Positions 50,207 through 63,709 of a stretch of DNA of 64,000 nt are shown one piece after another. The notes under the pieces were generated by a model. That model was not told the DNA's origin, ran no database searches, and was given only the letters and a program-made list of their open reading frames with translations. Made by a program: the position numbers and the translations under genes. Within the stretch, counting starts at the first letter, position 1; each line of letters opens with the position of its first letter. The stretch comes from Camelus dromedarius (taxonomy: Eukaryota): positions 59,522,001 through 59,586,000 of the forward strand of contig NC_087437.1 in the NCBI RefSeq assembly GCF_036321535.1, written 5' to 3'.

Positions 50207-52489
50207 AGATAACTGGTATGGCATTGTTGGCAGAGAAAAGAGCAGAAGTGAAGGCGTGGAGATGGAAAGGCTTAGAGAACACTAGGAAATTTTTGCTTGT
50301 TCTGTGTGACAGAAACAAATCTATGAGGTGAGTCCCAGGAGATGGGAGGTGGAAAGGTGGGTTGGGGCTTTTGAGGCCAGAATGGGTTGTCTGGGCTGTT
50401 CTGTAGGAAAGGAGTTTTTAGGGCTCATCTCTGTGTGGAGTGAGTAGGTTCAAATCATGGTATGTTGGTGAATGTCTACGGTACGACTTGTTCATATCTC
50501 CTGGGCTTCCAAATGGGGCTCTGGCTGAGATCCTGAGGCAGGTAACCTAAGTCTCACTCTGTGGGGGACCCAAGTCAAATTGTGACAGAGTGGATGTCAG
50601 GGGGCCCTCAGGAGACAAGGAGACATCTGAGTTATGCTGGCTTCTTCAGCCTCCGCCATGCTCCCAGCACCCAGCCCAAGACCAAACCCTCAGTTAGGGC
50701 CCAAAGGGACTCCCAGAACCCTCAGGGCCACAGCTAAGGTGGCCCAGCCTCAGTCTAAGTGAGCTTGCTCACAGCCAACAGAGTAACTGCCATGTTGTTT
50801 TGAAATTGACTAGGGAGCTTGCAAGAGCATGCTAAATATAGGGCTTTAAGCCCAAGAGTTTGTAGTTGGATTAAGACAAAAACAAAAAGTGATCTCATCA
50901 TTTGAAAAGGCTACTCAGTGAAGACCCCTTAATGCCAACTCCCTTCCTGTGTAATAAATTAGTTGAACGATTCAGAAGCCCTCATCTTAAGTGACGGGCA
51001 TGGGAGGCTGAAGGTCAAGGAGACCCACTGGTGTTGTGATGTTGTGAGGTTTGGCTCCCGTTAAGGAGGAGTTGCTGAGATGAAAATCTTTCTTGTTTAA
51101 TTGGGGTTCAGGGGAGCTGCCGTGTCTCTCATATTCGGCCAAGTGACCATTGGGAGAATGGTCAGAAGTCTGACTCACCAGTGCTTGGTGGTCCTGGAAT
51201 GTTCTGGAGAGGAAGGGAGAGGAGATCAGGTCAGGATGGGGAGAACAGATGGGAGACAGCGCAGCAGCCCCGAAAGCATCACACCTCAGAGGGAATTTAC
51301 AACGTGGAGTCCCCCAGGACCAGAAATGGCAAGAGAGTCGCCAACACGCAGAGGAGTAAAATCGAAGGAAAACTAAGGCCGTATTCCAACCGTTCCAGCC
51401 ACTGCCCCGGTTACAGAAAGAAAAGCAACTTTAAAGGCATCCTTGAGAGAAGAATTTCATTCATCCAACCAGCACTTCCAGACCCCCTTAGCACCAGACG
51501 CTGAACTGGGCACGGGTCACATTGTGGAGGGTAAGGTGCCCTCCAGAAGTACCAGGGCCATTGCAGGGGGGGTGGGTGCGGGAGGCAGCAAGGAAACAGT
51601 GCTGGGCTCTTACAGGGATCTGCCTGCAGCCAGGAGCCCAGAGGAGGTGGGGTGGGGCTACTGGGGGAGGCGCCCTAGAGCGGCAGGCGGTCACTAGATC
51701 ATCGAGTGGACAAGGGTGGGAGGCCATGGTGGGTGTGCACCGGCCTGCTGTGGGAAGGGCAACACAGAGGTGAGGCTGGAAGCATGGTTCAGGGTCAGAC
51801 TGAATCCCAGTTTGTATTTTTGAATCAATCAGCCCAGAAAGCTCTCCGGCCCCTGCCTGCCGCTGCTGTCTACACTGACGGAAGCGGTTTGGAACAGGGA
51901 CACAAATGTCCAAGAAACAGCCCCTGACATTCCCAGGCACTCCTTCTTTTCAGGGACTCCCTCCAGCAAGTCCTGGCAGTGCGTCTTTCTCACTGGGTCT
52001 CACTTCGGAGACTTCCTGCTGAAAATGAAGCCTTGGTGGCCTTTGGTGGGGAGTGGTCCTGTTGTCTTACTTATTGTCACTGTCACTCGAGGACCTCCCA
52101 CTGCCCAAGACAAAGTCTAAAACCCTCACTCTGGTGTCTCCACCACTCTCCACGGCCTGGCCCTCAACTTCCTGTCCAGGGCCATCTCTCACCACCCTCC
52201 CATGTGGATTTCACTCCAGAGCCACCAAATCCCTGGAGAACCAAACACGCCTCTTCCGTTCTGGCTCACACCGCCATTCGCTGCTCCATCTCCACACACC
52301 TAAAGACTACCCATCCTGCAGCCTCAGCTAGTGCAGCCCTCTCCTCTGGTCCATTCCCGCTTCCAGCTGGGAAGGATTGCCCCTCTACTACAGCCCCATA
52401 ATCCTGCCTGCAGCCGCAGCTCTCTTGGGGCACTGAGCATTTCCTCCCTTAAAGTAGGTAATTTGAATCTCGGTTTATTTTCCTACAAG

Positions 52490-53150
52490 ACTGTGGGCAC
52501 TGGAGTCAATCAAACCCTGATTGCACCACTTAACTAATAGCTATGTGACTTTGTAGTAGGGTTACCATATATTTCTTATCTAGAAGGGAGGAGCTTGGAA
52601 GGACATTTACCCTCTCAGCAGTGAGAAGTGTTTGATTTCAGGTACTCCAGGGGAGAATTAACCACAACATAGCCCAGCTTGCAAGACTTTACTATTATTT
52701 TTCTCCAAGGTTATTTAACCTCACCAAATCTTGGTTTCTACAAATCATGGGGGTAATATAGTATTCATCTTAAAGAATCCTCGAGGTTTATATGAGACAA
52801 TGCATGCAAGTTACTTAGCATGGAACCTAAACACTAATCCTGTTAGATTAGTCAATATTTATTGAGAACCTCTTGCATGCCAAGTACTGGGGGTACAACA
52901 GTGAATAAGACAGACTAAGTTACTGCTCCAGTGAACCTACATCCATGAAAGCTCATGTAAGTGAATAAATAACCTAAGATGCTGACAAGTACTTTTAAAG
53001 AAAAAATAACTAGGATGAGGGATAGAGAGTGCTGGGCTAGGGAGGAGAGATGTAGTTTAGCAAAGACCTGAATTAAGAGGAGTCAGCCATGGGAGACCCT
53101 AGGGGAAGCTCATCCCCGGCAGAGACCAGTAGGAAGAAGTCTGAGCTAAT
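52490..53150. mobile_element. MIR (+) fragments followed by an L2 3' fragment (-)
   Basis: MIR: cacttaactaatagctatgtgacttt...tatgagacaatgcatgcaagttacttagca; L2: aatatttattgagaacctc...ggggtacaacagtgaataagacagac. Confidence 0.7.
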
Positions 53151-53590
53151 GACGCTTGTAACCCCGCGGCCAGTTCCTTCCTTTCCTCTGCCCTGCAGAC
53201 CATGCCTTCTGAGAGAGGAGGACTTGAGATGGACCTGACTTTCACTCCACCAGGCCTTCACCTTCAGAGAGACGGTCCTCACCATCCGTAACCGTGGAGG
53301 CTATTGGGCAATACTGATCAGGGAAAACTGAAGACTTCCCTACCTGTTCCAAATCCTGCCTCACCTGCCTCAATGCCTCACCTTCTCTGGTCTGCAGGGA
53401 GGGTGTGTTTCTTTACTTAAGGGTCATTGTTACCATGCCATGTGCACACAGAGTCAAAGAGAGGAGTGAGAGTTCTGGAGGGTAGGGGTAGGGGGCTGTC
53501 CCATGTGGATATACCTTGGATGTTTGGAAGTTTGGAAATTGCCCACAGACATCTCCCTTCTTCCCTAACTCTCTCCCTTTCTCTCCCTTT

Positions 53591-53775
53591 CAGTGTTTCT
53601 TGACCGGGGGCCACATTGCTTCTCCACCCCAACCTCACAAGTGGTCAGAATGGGAGGGGGACAATTTTGATGGTTGCAATGACTGGGAGGTGCTTTTGGC
53701 ATTTAGTGGGCTGGGGTCAGGGATGCTAATCATCCTATTATGCACAGAATAAAGAACCCCACACAATAAAGAACT
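53591..53775 (+). mobile_element. hAT-Charlie MER20-like element
   Basis: cagtgtttcttgaccggggg...ttttgatggttgcaatgactggg...ggcatttagtggg...cagggatgctaatcatcct...acaataaagaact. Confidence 0.75.
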
Positions 53776-54340
53776 AAAAGGTGAATGCAAACATGAATCC
53801 CTCAATATCCCTTCAACTGTCACCAAATCTCTTTCTTCCTTATCTGGATTCTGTCATCGTCTCTTCAGAAATAAACCTCAGTCTCCCAAAGCCCCCACTG
53901 TGTGTCTCACAAACGTGATGGCCTCACATGTAGAATGCCAGTGCTTTCTGTCTGCCTGCAGTCACAGCTGCTGCCCTGAGAGAGGAAGGGCAGCTCCCCC
54001 AGGGGGAGGGGGCAGCTCTGATCCTGTGCCTGGGCCAGCGGAGAAAAATGGCAGCCAGACTTGCAGGCTGGCTTGTGTTGGGGTTAGTTTTTTTCTGGAG
54101 TTTCCAAAATAAAACGCTTCTCACCGCTGAGAGGATAAATGTCCTTCCAAACTTCACCCTTCTGGATGAGAAATGCTATCACCTCTACTAACACCAGCCT
54201 TATCACGCCTGACTACATCACCAAGCTTCTTATATGAACCTGACAACAGAGGTCCGAATGCTGCCCCATTGGAGGCAATGGTGACACCTGGCTTAGATCC
54301 TCAGTTCGCTCTGCCATTTATCATCATCATCTTCATCAAT

Positions 54341-54565
54341 AGTTCGGGATTTGCAGGTATTAACTACTTTATATAAAATAGATAAACAACAAGGTCCTAC
54401 TGTATAGCACAGGGAACTGTATTCAATACAATGTAATGGCCTATCATGAAAAAGTATATGAATAACTTTATATATAACTGAATCACTATGCTGTGCACCA
54501 GAAATTAACACAATAGTATAAACCGACTATACTTCAGTAAATAAAAGTAAGAATTGAAAAAAAAA
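54341..54565 (+). mobile_element. 5'-truncated camelid-type L1 3' end
   Basis: ataaaatagataaacaacaaggtcctactgtatagcacagggaactgtattcaata...ccgactatacttcagtaaataaaa; no clear TSD. Confidence 0.9.
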
Positions 54566-55089
54566 CAATTATTACTATTAGTGGTACAAGGCATTGCATA
54601 GAGCCTCAGACTGGTGGGAGTGATGCTACTGGAGGGCCTTGACTGCGTGGATGATTGTTAGCAAAAATGGGGGATGGCTATGCTCTCACTAACCAAGGTC
54701 CTCAGGAAGCCGATTTTCTGATTTGCTTAACGAGTGGCTTAATGCTTGATTAAAATACTTGAGAAAAATTCTCTTGAGAGGAGGAAGGGTGCCAGGGGGC
54801 ACTGGAAGGGCTCATTTGTCATCCTCTAACTTGGGGAATTGGCAGGAACAGGGGCGATGACTATTCTCTGTAGAGAGCAGTGCTCCAGATAGCTCCCGAG
54901 AGCCAGTCTGGGAAAGTTGCTCCTTGGCAGTTTCCTTCGCCAGCATGACTTTCCAAACGTCCAAGCCCAAAGTAGCATTTGTGGGAGGTTCAGAGCAGGA
55001 CTCCTTACAGCAAGAGTTCCATCCCACTCTTCCCAATCTAGAAGTTTCCATTTACTAAAACAGTCAATAGATCTTACCTGTTCATAGGA

Positions 55090-55355
55090 CAGGTATGCCA
55101 GTAAGTGTCCTTCCGGGAAACAGATGGCCACTTAGATGGGGTAATGGGGCAGAGACAAAGGTGTGGGCAGGGCTAAGGAAGGTTAAAGAACCCCAGGGCT
55201 GGCAGCATCAAAGGAATGATTGCCAGAGCCCTGAAAATGAGCTATGCTGTAGGGCAGGGCCATTGATAAGGCTGTGGATACATCATATAGCCCAGCAGGG
55301 TGAGAGAGAACTAGGGAGATAAATGCTTCCACCTCGATCTCCTCTTGCTGGCAGA
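55090..55355 (-). mobile_element. Probable ERVL-type LTR fragment
   Basis: ggaaacagatggccact...caaaggtgtgggcagggctaaggaa. Confidence 0.4.
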
Positions 55356-55391
55356 AGGTAAGGAGCTTGAGGACTTCTGATGCCACCCTTA

Positions 55392-55837
55392 TATGTCAGG
55401 CTTCTGGCCCAGAGCAAGAGGGGCATTTCAAGGAACTTCTACAAACCACTACAAAATTAGTGCCTCAAGACAATATCCACTATTTAGCTCACTATTCAGC
55501 AGAGCGGCAGTTTGGCCTGGGCTCAGCTGGGGAGTTCTGCAGATCAGGGCTCACCTGTGCATCTGTGGTCAGTGCTCCCCCACATGACCTCTTGTCCTCC
55601 TGCATGCTCAGCCACATGGTGGCAGGAGTCCAAGAGCAGCAAGAGAGGACAAACCCCAAGGGATAATCATTTTTTAAGCCTCTGTTTATGCACAACTGCT
55701 AACATCCCATTGGGCAAGCAAGTCACAAGGCTGAGCTCAGAATCAGAGCAGCAGAAGCAGTGAAAGGTACATGGCAAGGGGGCATGGATACAGGGAAGTG
55801 AATAATTGATGATAGTCTTTGTAATTAATCTACCACA
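55392..55837 (-). mobile_element. MaLR LTR (MLT1H/J-like)
   Basis: tttggcctgggctcagctgggg...gctaacatcccattgggcaagcaagtcacaaggc...ggggcatggatacaggg...atctaccaca. Confidence 0.75.
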
Positions 55838-55929
55838 TGGAGTGGACACCAGATCTGGAGAGACAGATTGAGAATACGCAGCTCCCAGGTCCAAATTCTA
55901 CAACACACTGTTAAGGTTCCTGGGGAGTA

Positions 55930-56390
55930 GGTCCCACTTACCTCACAACATCAACTCTGTTTATTCCCCAACCACACCCCACACAACTGCCAAAATGAGG
56001 TCTTCACAGTTTCGTGTACCTGCCTTGGCCTTTTCGATTTCCGGCTCATTATTCTCTGGATCATCCCCCCATCTTTACCTGACCAAATCCTCTACATCCT
56101 TCTTAACCCAATTCAGAGCCACCTTCTCCCAGATGTCTTTCCTGATTCTCATCCCCATCTCCCCCGCACCCCACTACCACTATCCTCACCAAGCTGGATG
56201 TGACTCTGGATTCCTTCCTATAATCTCTGAGCCTTCTCTGTGCCTCTTTTTAGGCACTTACTTGCAGGTGGATGATAGCTCCTTTCTTGGACTGTGAGAC
56301 ATCAGAACATGGGGTCCTTGTGTGTCTCCCCCTACAATGCCCAGCATAGACTAGATGTCCTCTTGACCTGGGGAGGTCAATGCTGAACAA
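55930..56390 (+). mobile_element. L2 3' fragment
   Basis: ctgaccaaatcctctacatccttcttaacccaattcagagccaccttctccc...ggactgtgag. Confidence 0.6.
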
Positions 56391-56509
56391 TTCAAAGCCT
56401 GCAGAAGCAGACACTGCAACAGAGCCATGAAACACCCTTTAGAGAGCACCAAGTCAGAAAGTCTGTGCCACCAAGAAGCAGCTTATGGGAATCATTAGAA
56501 AAGAGCCCA

Positions 56510-56745
56510 GAAGAGCAGGAGTTAGGACACTGAACAAGGGACAGGGTTTTGGTCTTGTCAGAAGACACACCTGGGACTAGAAGTCAAGGTCATGACAAGA
56601 ATGTCCCGAACTCCATCCAAGGAAGAACTTCCTCTAAGAGAACAGTCAGACTTAGAATAAGCCAGTGAGAAAAGGGATGAGCTCCCCCCTCAAATGGCAG
56701 TACATCAGTCTTCTGGTTGGTTTCTGAGAGAGAGTTTTGCAGGGG
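56510..56745 (+). mobile_element. CR1/L3 fragment
   Basis: caaggaagaacttcctctaagagaacagtc...gggatgagctcccc. Confidence 0.45.
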
Positions 56746-57073
56746 CCTTAGTCTGTTTGCATTTCAGCTTTGCACCTTTTTAATTCCACCATGAGACTCC
56801 CGCTGCACCTTGGCACGCAGGAGCATGCATTCACAAGCTCACAAGTAAAGGAGGAGGGCCAGTAGCCCTCCTCGTGCGGCCAACCCAGCTGAACCTGGAG
56901 ACCAGCCAGTTCCCTGAGAGTCGGCTGGGCACTAGCACATTGTGTACTGTGGGCAAACTGGTGTGTGTGGTTAGATTGGGGGTGGAAGGTGTTGAGGGGG
57001 AGGGACATGACTGGGGTAAATGTCAGTTGAAGGAATTCTCAAATGGTAGGGAGGGCCATTCCAGTGAATTTCC

Positions 57074-57075
<2 letters not shown>

Positions 57076-57111
<36 letters not shown>
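57076..57111. repeat. (AC)18 microsatellite
   Basis: Directly visible. Confidence 0.95.
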
Positions 57112-57113
<2 letters not shown>

Positions 57114-58737
57114 GAACACAAATGAAAACACCTGAGGGATGGAGTATCCTTCCTCCTGGCAGAATCCACTAGCTCAGCCCCGCAGGGCTTCTCGCTTGGG
57201 GTGGGTGGATGGAGACAGCCCTGTGGGCCCACCCTTCCCTAACACTGATGTCTTTGACCATCCCAGCTCCCCTGGGGTCTAAGCGGCAAACCGCATCCCG
57301 AGAGGGAACGTGGCCTCCCTCGATGCCAGAATGGTCCAGGACTAGACCCAGGTCTCCTGTTCAAGGGCTGAGTGCCAGAAGTGACAAAAGGGAAGCAATG
57401 CTCACATTGCTGGAAGGTGGCTCCCAGGTGGCACCACTGCCTTCCAGCCAGCAGTGAGCCTGAGCAGGAGTCATGCCGAAAGTGGCTCTTCTGACCCTTT
57501 CCAATAACATCCTTGGGAAAAAAACCACCCCCAGTGACATATTGACCATATCAATATGTCACACCTGTACATCCTACATGGCCACCTCAGATGCCATCTC
57601 CTCCTCCCGTCGTCCCGTCCATCATCCCCACCCTAACCCAGATGTGAACTCATGTCCACTCAGGAACATTGCACCACTTCATGGCCCTGGCCAGACAGCT
57701 GCTGTAATTTGGTTAGATGTGTATATGCCTTCTTGATGCCCCTGGACCGGGAAACCCTTAGGCTCATATGTTTCCTTCTCCCCACCTCCTCCCCTTGGCA
57801 CCCAGCCCCGGACCTGACTCAAAGGCAGCATTTGACCAACATGGGTTGGATGAATGATACAGTTTTCCTTTCCTCACCAGCATGACAAGACCATCCTGCT
57901 TCCTCGTTGGCCAACACCTGTGCCTTCCCAATAAAGCAGACGTGTCTTTCCCTTTATACTTCCCCCTGCTTTTGGGTGAGCAGGAACCACCCCTGGGCCT
58001 CCTTGTTGGGAAACTTCCTGGCCACTCACCACTGTCTCAGAGACTCCCCAGGGTAGGGGCTATTTTCTGAAGCCCAAGAGGCCCTCAGTAGACAGGATGG
58101 TATTTGATGGACACCCTTCCACCTGCAAAGCCCTGTGAACAGCTCTGACATCACAATGTCCCCAGGGACTGCCAGAAAAATAGTTTCTTCCTGTTTGCTA
58201 GTGGGTGTGCCAAACGCTGTGAGCTGGGCTTCTCATGGTGCTGTCTGAGGCTAGGGGCATCTCTTCCACATCAAACATTTCCTCGGAGGTTATAAGAGCT
58301 AGAGTTACTAGCTGAAACCACTCACACTCTTCTGATTATCAGGAAGCATCCGGTTCATGTCAGAATAGCCTAGACTCTTCTAAGAACTTGGCCGTTACCC
58401 CAAATCCCAGCCCTTCCTACACAGAAGTTCAGGAAGCTCAAAAGGAAAGCCAACGTTCTCCTCAAAAGGAGACATCAGCTTAGTGGGTCTCAAGTGTAAG
58501 TAAGCAGGCGATTCAGAATGGATGGGCTGGAAGAAAAGCCCATGGCCGCTAGACTCTGTGCCAGAGGAGCACGTGCTTGAAGACCGAGGAAGAAAGTTTG
58601 CTTCATGACCCCAGTCATACTAGTCTCATTTTCTGCTAGACTTCCAAACCGCCTGCCACCTTGGAGCGATTGTGTGCCCCAAGAATGCCCAGCTCATCCC
58701 CCCTACAGGTCTTTGTCCCACCTACTGAGGCATCCTT

Positions 58738-59330
58738 TGTCTTAGGGTGGATTCTCAGACCCTGAGACATGGATTCAAGTGCAGTTATTTTGGGGAGTAG
58801 GAGGTGGGAGAGATGATCAAGAAAACACCAACAGGGGGAGGGATAAACTGGGAGTTCAGGATTTGCAAGTACTAACTACAATATATAAAACAGATAAACA
58901 ACAAGGTCTTACTGTCGAGCCCAGGGAACTATATTCAATATCTATAATAACCTATATTGAAGAAGAATAAGAAAAGGAATGTATATCTCTAACTGAATCA
59001 CTATGCTGTACACCAAAAATTAACACAAAATTGTAGATCAGCTATGCGTCAATTAAAAAAAAAAAAGAATGGAAGAAAACACCAGTAGGATAGTGGGGAG
59101 GGAAGGAAATTAATCAAGGGAACATTATTGAGCATTCCCATGGTGGGTAACCAAGGTTTGTTTCTACTGGGGAACTCTGGGAAACCATGTAGAACCCACT
59201 TCAGAGCTGTCCCCACCTGCGAGTAGATGGAACTGGTGTGTTTTTCACTAACCCCCATCAGTCACTGGTGGTGGCGTCCAGCGGAGGGAGGGGGGCCTGA
59301 CTCTGCAGCACACAAGTCTGCTTCATGGGA
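58738..59330 (-). mobile_element. ERVL LTR (LTR16-like) interrupted by L1
   Basis: cagaccctgagacatggattcaagtgcag...ctggggaactctgggaaaccatgtagaacccacttcagagctgtcccca. Confidence 0.6.
58831..59072 (+). mobile_element. 5'-truncated camelid-type L1 3' end with TSD
   Basis: gggggagggataaactgggagttcaggatttgc...ctgaatcactatgctgtacacc...aattaaaaaaaaaaaa; perfect TSD aagaaaacacca at 58819-58830 and 59073-59084. Confidence 0.92.
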
Positions 59331-60245
59331 ATGGTGAGTGCCAAGATGGGTGGGCAGCACCCCGAGAGCGCTGTCCTCCCCTTCTTACTTCTCTTCCCTC
59401 CCCTATCACCATTTTTCAGTTTCTTCAAATGACCTGCTCATCAAAGTATGATGACACCTCTGCCAAAAAGCTTTTTCTGATCTTCAGTCAGAACAAATGA
59501 CTCTTCCCTCTGGAATCCAGACAATCGTAGTACAGCTGTTACGAAATCCTCACGTTCCAGGCTTAAACGCCTTTCACCTAGCTTGCCAGTTAAAGGCAGA
59601 ATTGACAACTGGGCAGTGTGGTGACACTGGTTCTCCTGCCTTGATTTCTATCCTTTCTGCTTTACATGCAGTGGTGTCTGGATTGTTCACTCATAGCATG
59701 TCTTTAATCCTGTGAACATTAGAAGTCAGAAAATCCCTCTTTAGAGTGTCATTTGATACTATTGCCTGAATCTGTTCTTATTGCAAAAATGGAAGTTTGA
59801 ACGACGTTATTCAAAGCAGTGTGTGGTAATTGCTGTGTTACTATATAACATTAACAGTTTTATTTGCATGGAGAGATTTTAATGGTCATATAAAAATAGG
59901 AATAAATACCTAAATCCAAATTGTTCTCTCTGTGTTCCCCGGAACTGTGACATATGCATACACTGAGAGCATCTGCTCTTTCTCTGAAGAAAGAGGAGAG
60001 AGTGCAAATTAAAGAAAACAAGGAAGGAAAGAGGAAACCCCAAACCCACGGAGGGTTAAAAATGGCAGCATGTGAGTGGTGAAGCAGTTTCTATGAACCC
60101 TGAGTGACCCCCAGATTGGAAGGACAGACTGGTATAGGGCAATCTTATTCTGTTTCCTAAAAACAACATTACAGAGTGTTGCAGTGAACTCCGGAAAAGA
60201 GCTGACCCATCTAGAATCTCACAGAGAGAAAGAGGAACCAGGAGC

Positions 60246-60406
60246 TGTCTCAGTCCATTCGGGCTGCTCTCATGGAATCTAGTAGACTGGGTGGTTTATA
60301 AACAATACAAATTTATTTCTCACCCTTCTGGGGGCTGGAAATCCAAGATTAAGGCGCCAGCAGATTTTGTGTCTGGTGAGGTCCCTCTTCCTGTGTCATA
60401 GACAGA
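60246..60406 (-). mobile_element. MaLR LTR fragment (MLT1A/B-like)
   Basis: tgtctcagtccattcgggctgct...agactgggtggtttataaacaatacaaatttatttctcac...ggctggaaatccaagattaaggcgccagcagatt. Confidence 0.85.
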
Positions 60407-62504
60407 TGTTGTTACAGATGTAACAAACACCTCAATACTTTTGTGTTTTGTGTTTTTTAATAGTGCTGAGTCACTTGTTGCTTCACATGAATTAGCTAGT
60501 ATCTGGAGTTCAACATCTTCCTGTGATAAAGGGTTTGGGCCAAAGTTGAACCTGTAGTAATGAGGTACTTTGATTTATAATCAAGTTAAATATCACAGCA
60601 TGAGATTAATTCCACCCCATACATGAACCACTATTCTATTTTACTGATTTTTTAAATTGGTACAAAAATCCTTCCTTAAAGTGAATTTTATGTAGGTATC
60701 ATGTAGATATGTCCATCTAAAGACCCTCAATCATCTTTTTAATGAAAACACTAAGCAAGAAAAAAATTTTAAAGTCTAAGAAGCTTCATTACATTATCTT
60801 AAATCCAATCAGTGACAACTTTTGAAAGGGCAATGACTGTCAGATGATCACATCTTCATTTTTGCTTGCTTCTAAGCCTAGGGACATGCAGGGGACGGGA
60901 ACATGTACTTACATCATACCAACCTACAAGACTTTCTAGTACTGAAAAGGGGACATCCTCTTTCCTGCCTAAAACATTGTAGCACCAAACCCTTTCCCAG
61001 CCTCATCCTACACTGTTTTACATCATCTGAAGGAGGAAGTCAGTTTTGTTACCTGCTTAAGATTTGAGGTAAGCATGGCTCATCTCAACAACTCACTACA
61101 TGTCAAAAGTACAAATTCCTGACTCTGGGAGTCTGAGGAAAAAATGGGGGAGGGGAGTCAAGGAAGACTTACGGCAACATGTCCACTCTCTCCCAAGTTC
61201 TTTCCTGAGAAGCCAGGGTGCTCTGGCCTGACCACCCATCCTGGAGGAGCCTCCGCTCCCCCTTAGCGGGACTGAGAGACAGGTCTCTCCCTCAGGTGGG
61301 GCAGCAGCCTTGGGCCCGTACTTGGAGGGGTAGCGGGGCCTGGGACACTCCCTCACTCCTCCTCTTTTCCGAACCCTGTAAAGTCCAATATGAAATATCT
61401 GTCATGAGTGGTATCCCAAGAGGCCTCTGAAAATGCTGATGGTGAGCCTTAGTTTCAAGTTCAAATTTCCTGAGTGGCCCCACACTGGTGGAGTTGCCCC
61501 CAGCCCCCTGTCTAAAGAGATCCCTGCTTAGAAGGCAGTCCCTGGAAAGTCTGAACCTGTCATTCACTGAATGATTCCCCTTGGCTGAAAAGCCAACATG
61601 GATTAGCTGGGGCAGCCTTGTTCAAAACTTTGATTAGCAAATGAAGAGATCGCTTGCAGTCAAGGGTACGTGATGTACATGATGCACGTGGCTGACAGGG
61701 TTCAAAGTCAAGGGGAGGGAATGTTTTCCCAGGGTGAGAGGTATAGCTACGAGAGGGAACTGCTTCTGGGTACAAGCTAGAGGGGTGGGAATCTGCCCTG
61801 TGAGGTGGGGGAGGGGGAGAGAGGCATGGGCCGCAGCGTCTGCAGAACAGGAGCCTCTCCAGGCTACAGGGGGAGGCCTGGGGAAGCAAGGAGCGGATGC
61901 AGGAGCGCCGTGTCTGAGAGGGCAACTGGAGGCCTGGCCTTCTGGAGCTGGAGCCTCCATGCTTACAGTTGGACCTCCAGGGCTTTTAGCACATTTCTGA
62001 GACTAGGCTGGGCTGATTTAAAGGAGAGAGGAAGGAGAGAAAGAGAGACAATAGGAGGAAGTACGCAGAGGTTTTGCTGAGGAAGACAAAGGATGCTCAC
62101 AGTGAGACAGGCCCCTCTGATTACAGAGAAGGAGCCTCGGGAACCAGAGGACCGCACAGGGAGAGACCCCTCTTGACCACCTCCCTGAGGCCTCTCAATT
62201 TCAACCAGCCGTGGAGAGCAGAAGGCTCATCTCTAATTTGCACCAATTTTCCTGACAAACTCCATTTGAAGATTCAACTCAATTGCAATCAAAAAAGGAA
62301 GCCAACCAGAAAATCACTTGCTTGCCTTGGATGAATGAGGACCACCAGCGACCCTAAAGGAGACAGAAAGTTTGCAGGCCTCCAGCAGGACACAAGGGCT
62401 CTGCTCCCTTGTCCTCAGCATGAACAAGGGCCTGGCCCACCCAGGAGGGCACCTTCCTAACCCCCCTCCATTTCCTAAGGTGCTTTGGGAAAGGCAAAAT
62501 CTTG

Positions 62505-62735
62505 CAGGGGAAAGAACTCTGGACCAGAGTCAGGAGGCCTGGGTTCAAGTTCTGTCTCTGCTACTAACTGCCAGGTGGCCCAGGACGTCACTCTTCGTTC
62601 AAGAATTTCAATTTTCTCATCCTTAAAAGGGATGAGGAGCAGGAAATAATCCCCGCTGTGCCTGCTTTACAGGGTGATTATGAGCTCAAAGAAGATAATG
62701 GATGTGAAGGCTGTTTTTGTACATTCCAAGGCCTG
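62505..62735 (+). mobile_element. MIR
   Basis: gaaagaactctggaccagagtcaggaggcctgggttcaagttctgtctctgctactaact...ttttctcatccttaaaaggg. Confidence 0.8.
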
Positions 62736-63709
62736 GAGCAGGTGCTCCTCTCTCAGTGTAATGGTGATGACGGCAATGATGGTGATGGTGGCTGAGCTAC
62801 TTTTTATGCGCAACTCCTATAAATATCACACCAAGAGATGAATTCCTGATTGTAATGGCCTAACTTTATCTACTCATTTGTCCCTGGGTTCTCACTCTGG
62901 CTCTGAAGGGTCATTTTTAGCTTCGTGAGAGGGAGTTTGGATGGCACGTATCAGAGCATCCTTCTCTGTCCGCCAAGTCCAGGGCCCCTCTTACATGTCC
63001 CCCCCTTGAGCATCAGGGAATCAGAGCATCAGTACCCACACTGGGCAGAGCTCTCTGGTGTCACCTGGGAGGAGGGGGAGGTCGATGATGTTTGAAGGCT
63101 TTCAAAGGTCTCAGGCTCTAAACCTAGCAACTCATCTCCTGATACCCCAAATGCCTACTCTTGTTGAAGACAAAAAAAAAAGGACACAAAGAGAGGGCTA
63201 AGGGAATCAGGAACATACCTCGTAGGAGATGATGACTATGTGCGTGTAAAGTGCACACGTGCGGTGGGTCCCCTTCCATGTGTAGTAATTCTGGTTTCAC
63301 TACCTGCGTCTCCCTGAACCATATTCAATAGTTAAATGTTTTCTCTAGGCTAGATAGAACTGAACATTATTTTGTAGAAAAGGAAACTGAGGCAATGCTA
63401 AAAGTGAATTGCCAGTGGTTTTTGGGAGATTCTCTGGGCAAGCAAAGGTCAGAATCCCAAATCACCACATTCTTCAACTTTTTCTGAGCACACAGGTAAG
63501 TCTCTGCTCTTGTCCCCTGATCTTAGGGGCAGATGGGCTTGTTTACTGTGGGGGGGGGGGGGAGTAGGAGGAAGTGGGGGCAGCAGCCCTCATACTTACA
63601 TTCAGCGAACATTTAGTGGTGCTCCCAGAGGTCCAGGCCCCGGGCTAGGATCTGAGATGAGCAAGGGAGTGAGTGAGCAGACAGGTGAATGAATGTGTAC
63701 CGCCCTCTG

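Noticed and set aside
54788..54804. CTCF-like motif gtgccagggggcac
   Set aside because: Mismatches at the 5' CC positions; cannot be supported without scoring or ChIP data.
60410..60427. Inverted repeat ttgttaca-ga-tgtaacaa at an LTR fragment boundary
   Set aside because: 8-bp stems are expected by chance in 64 kb.
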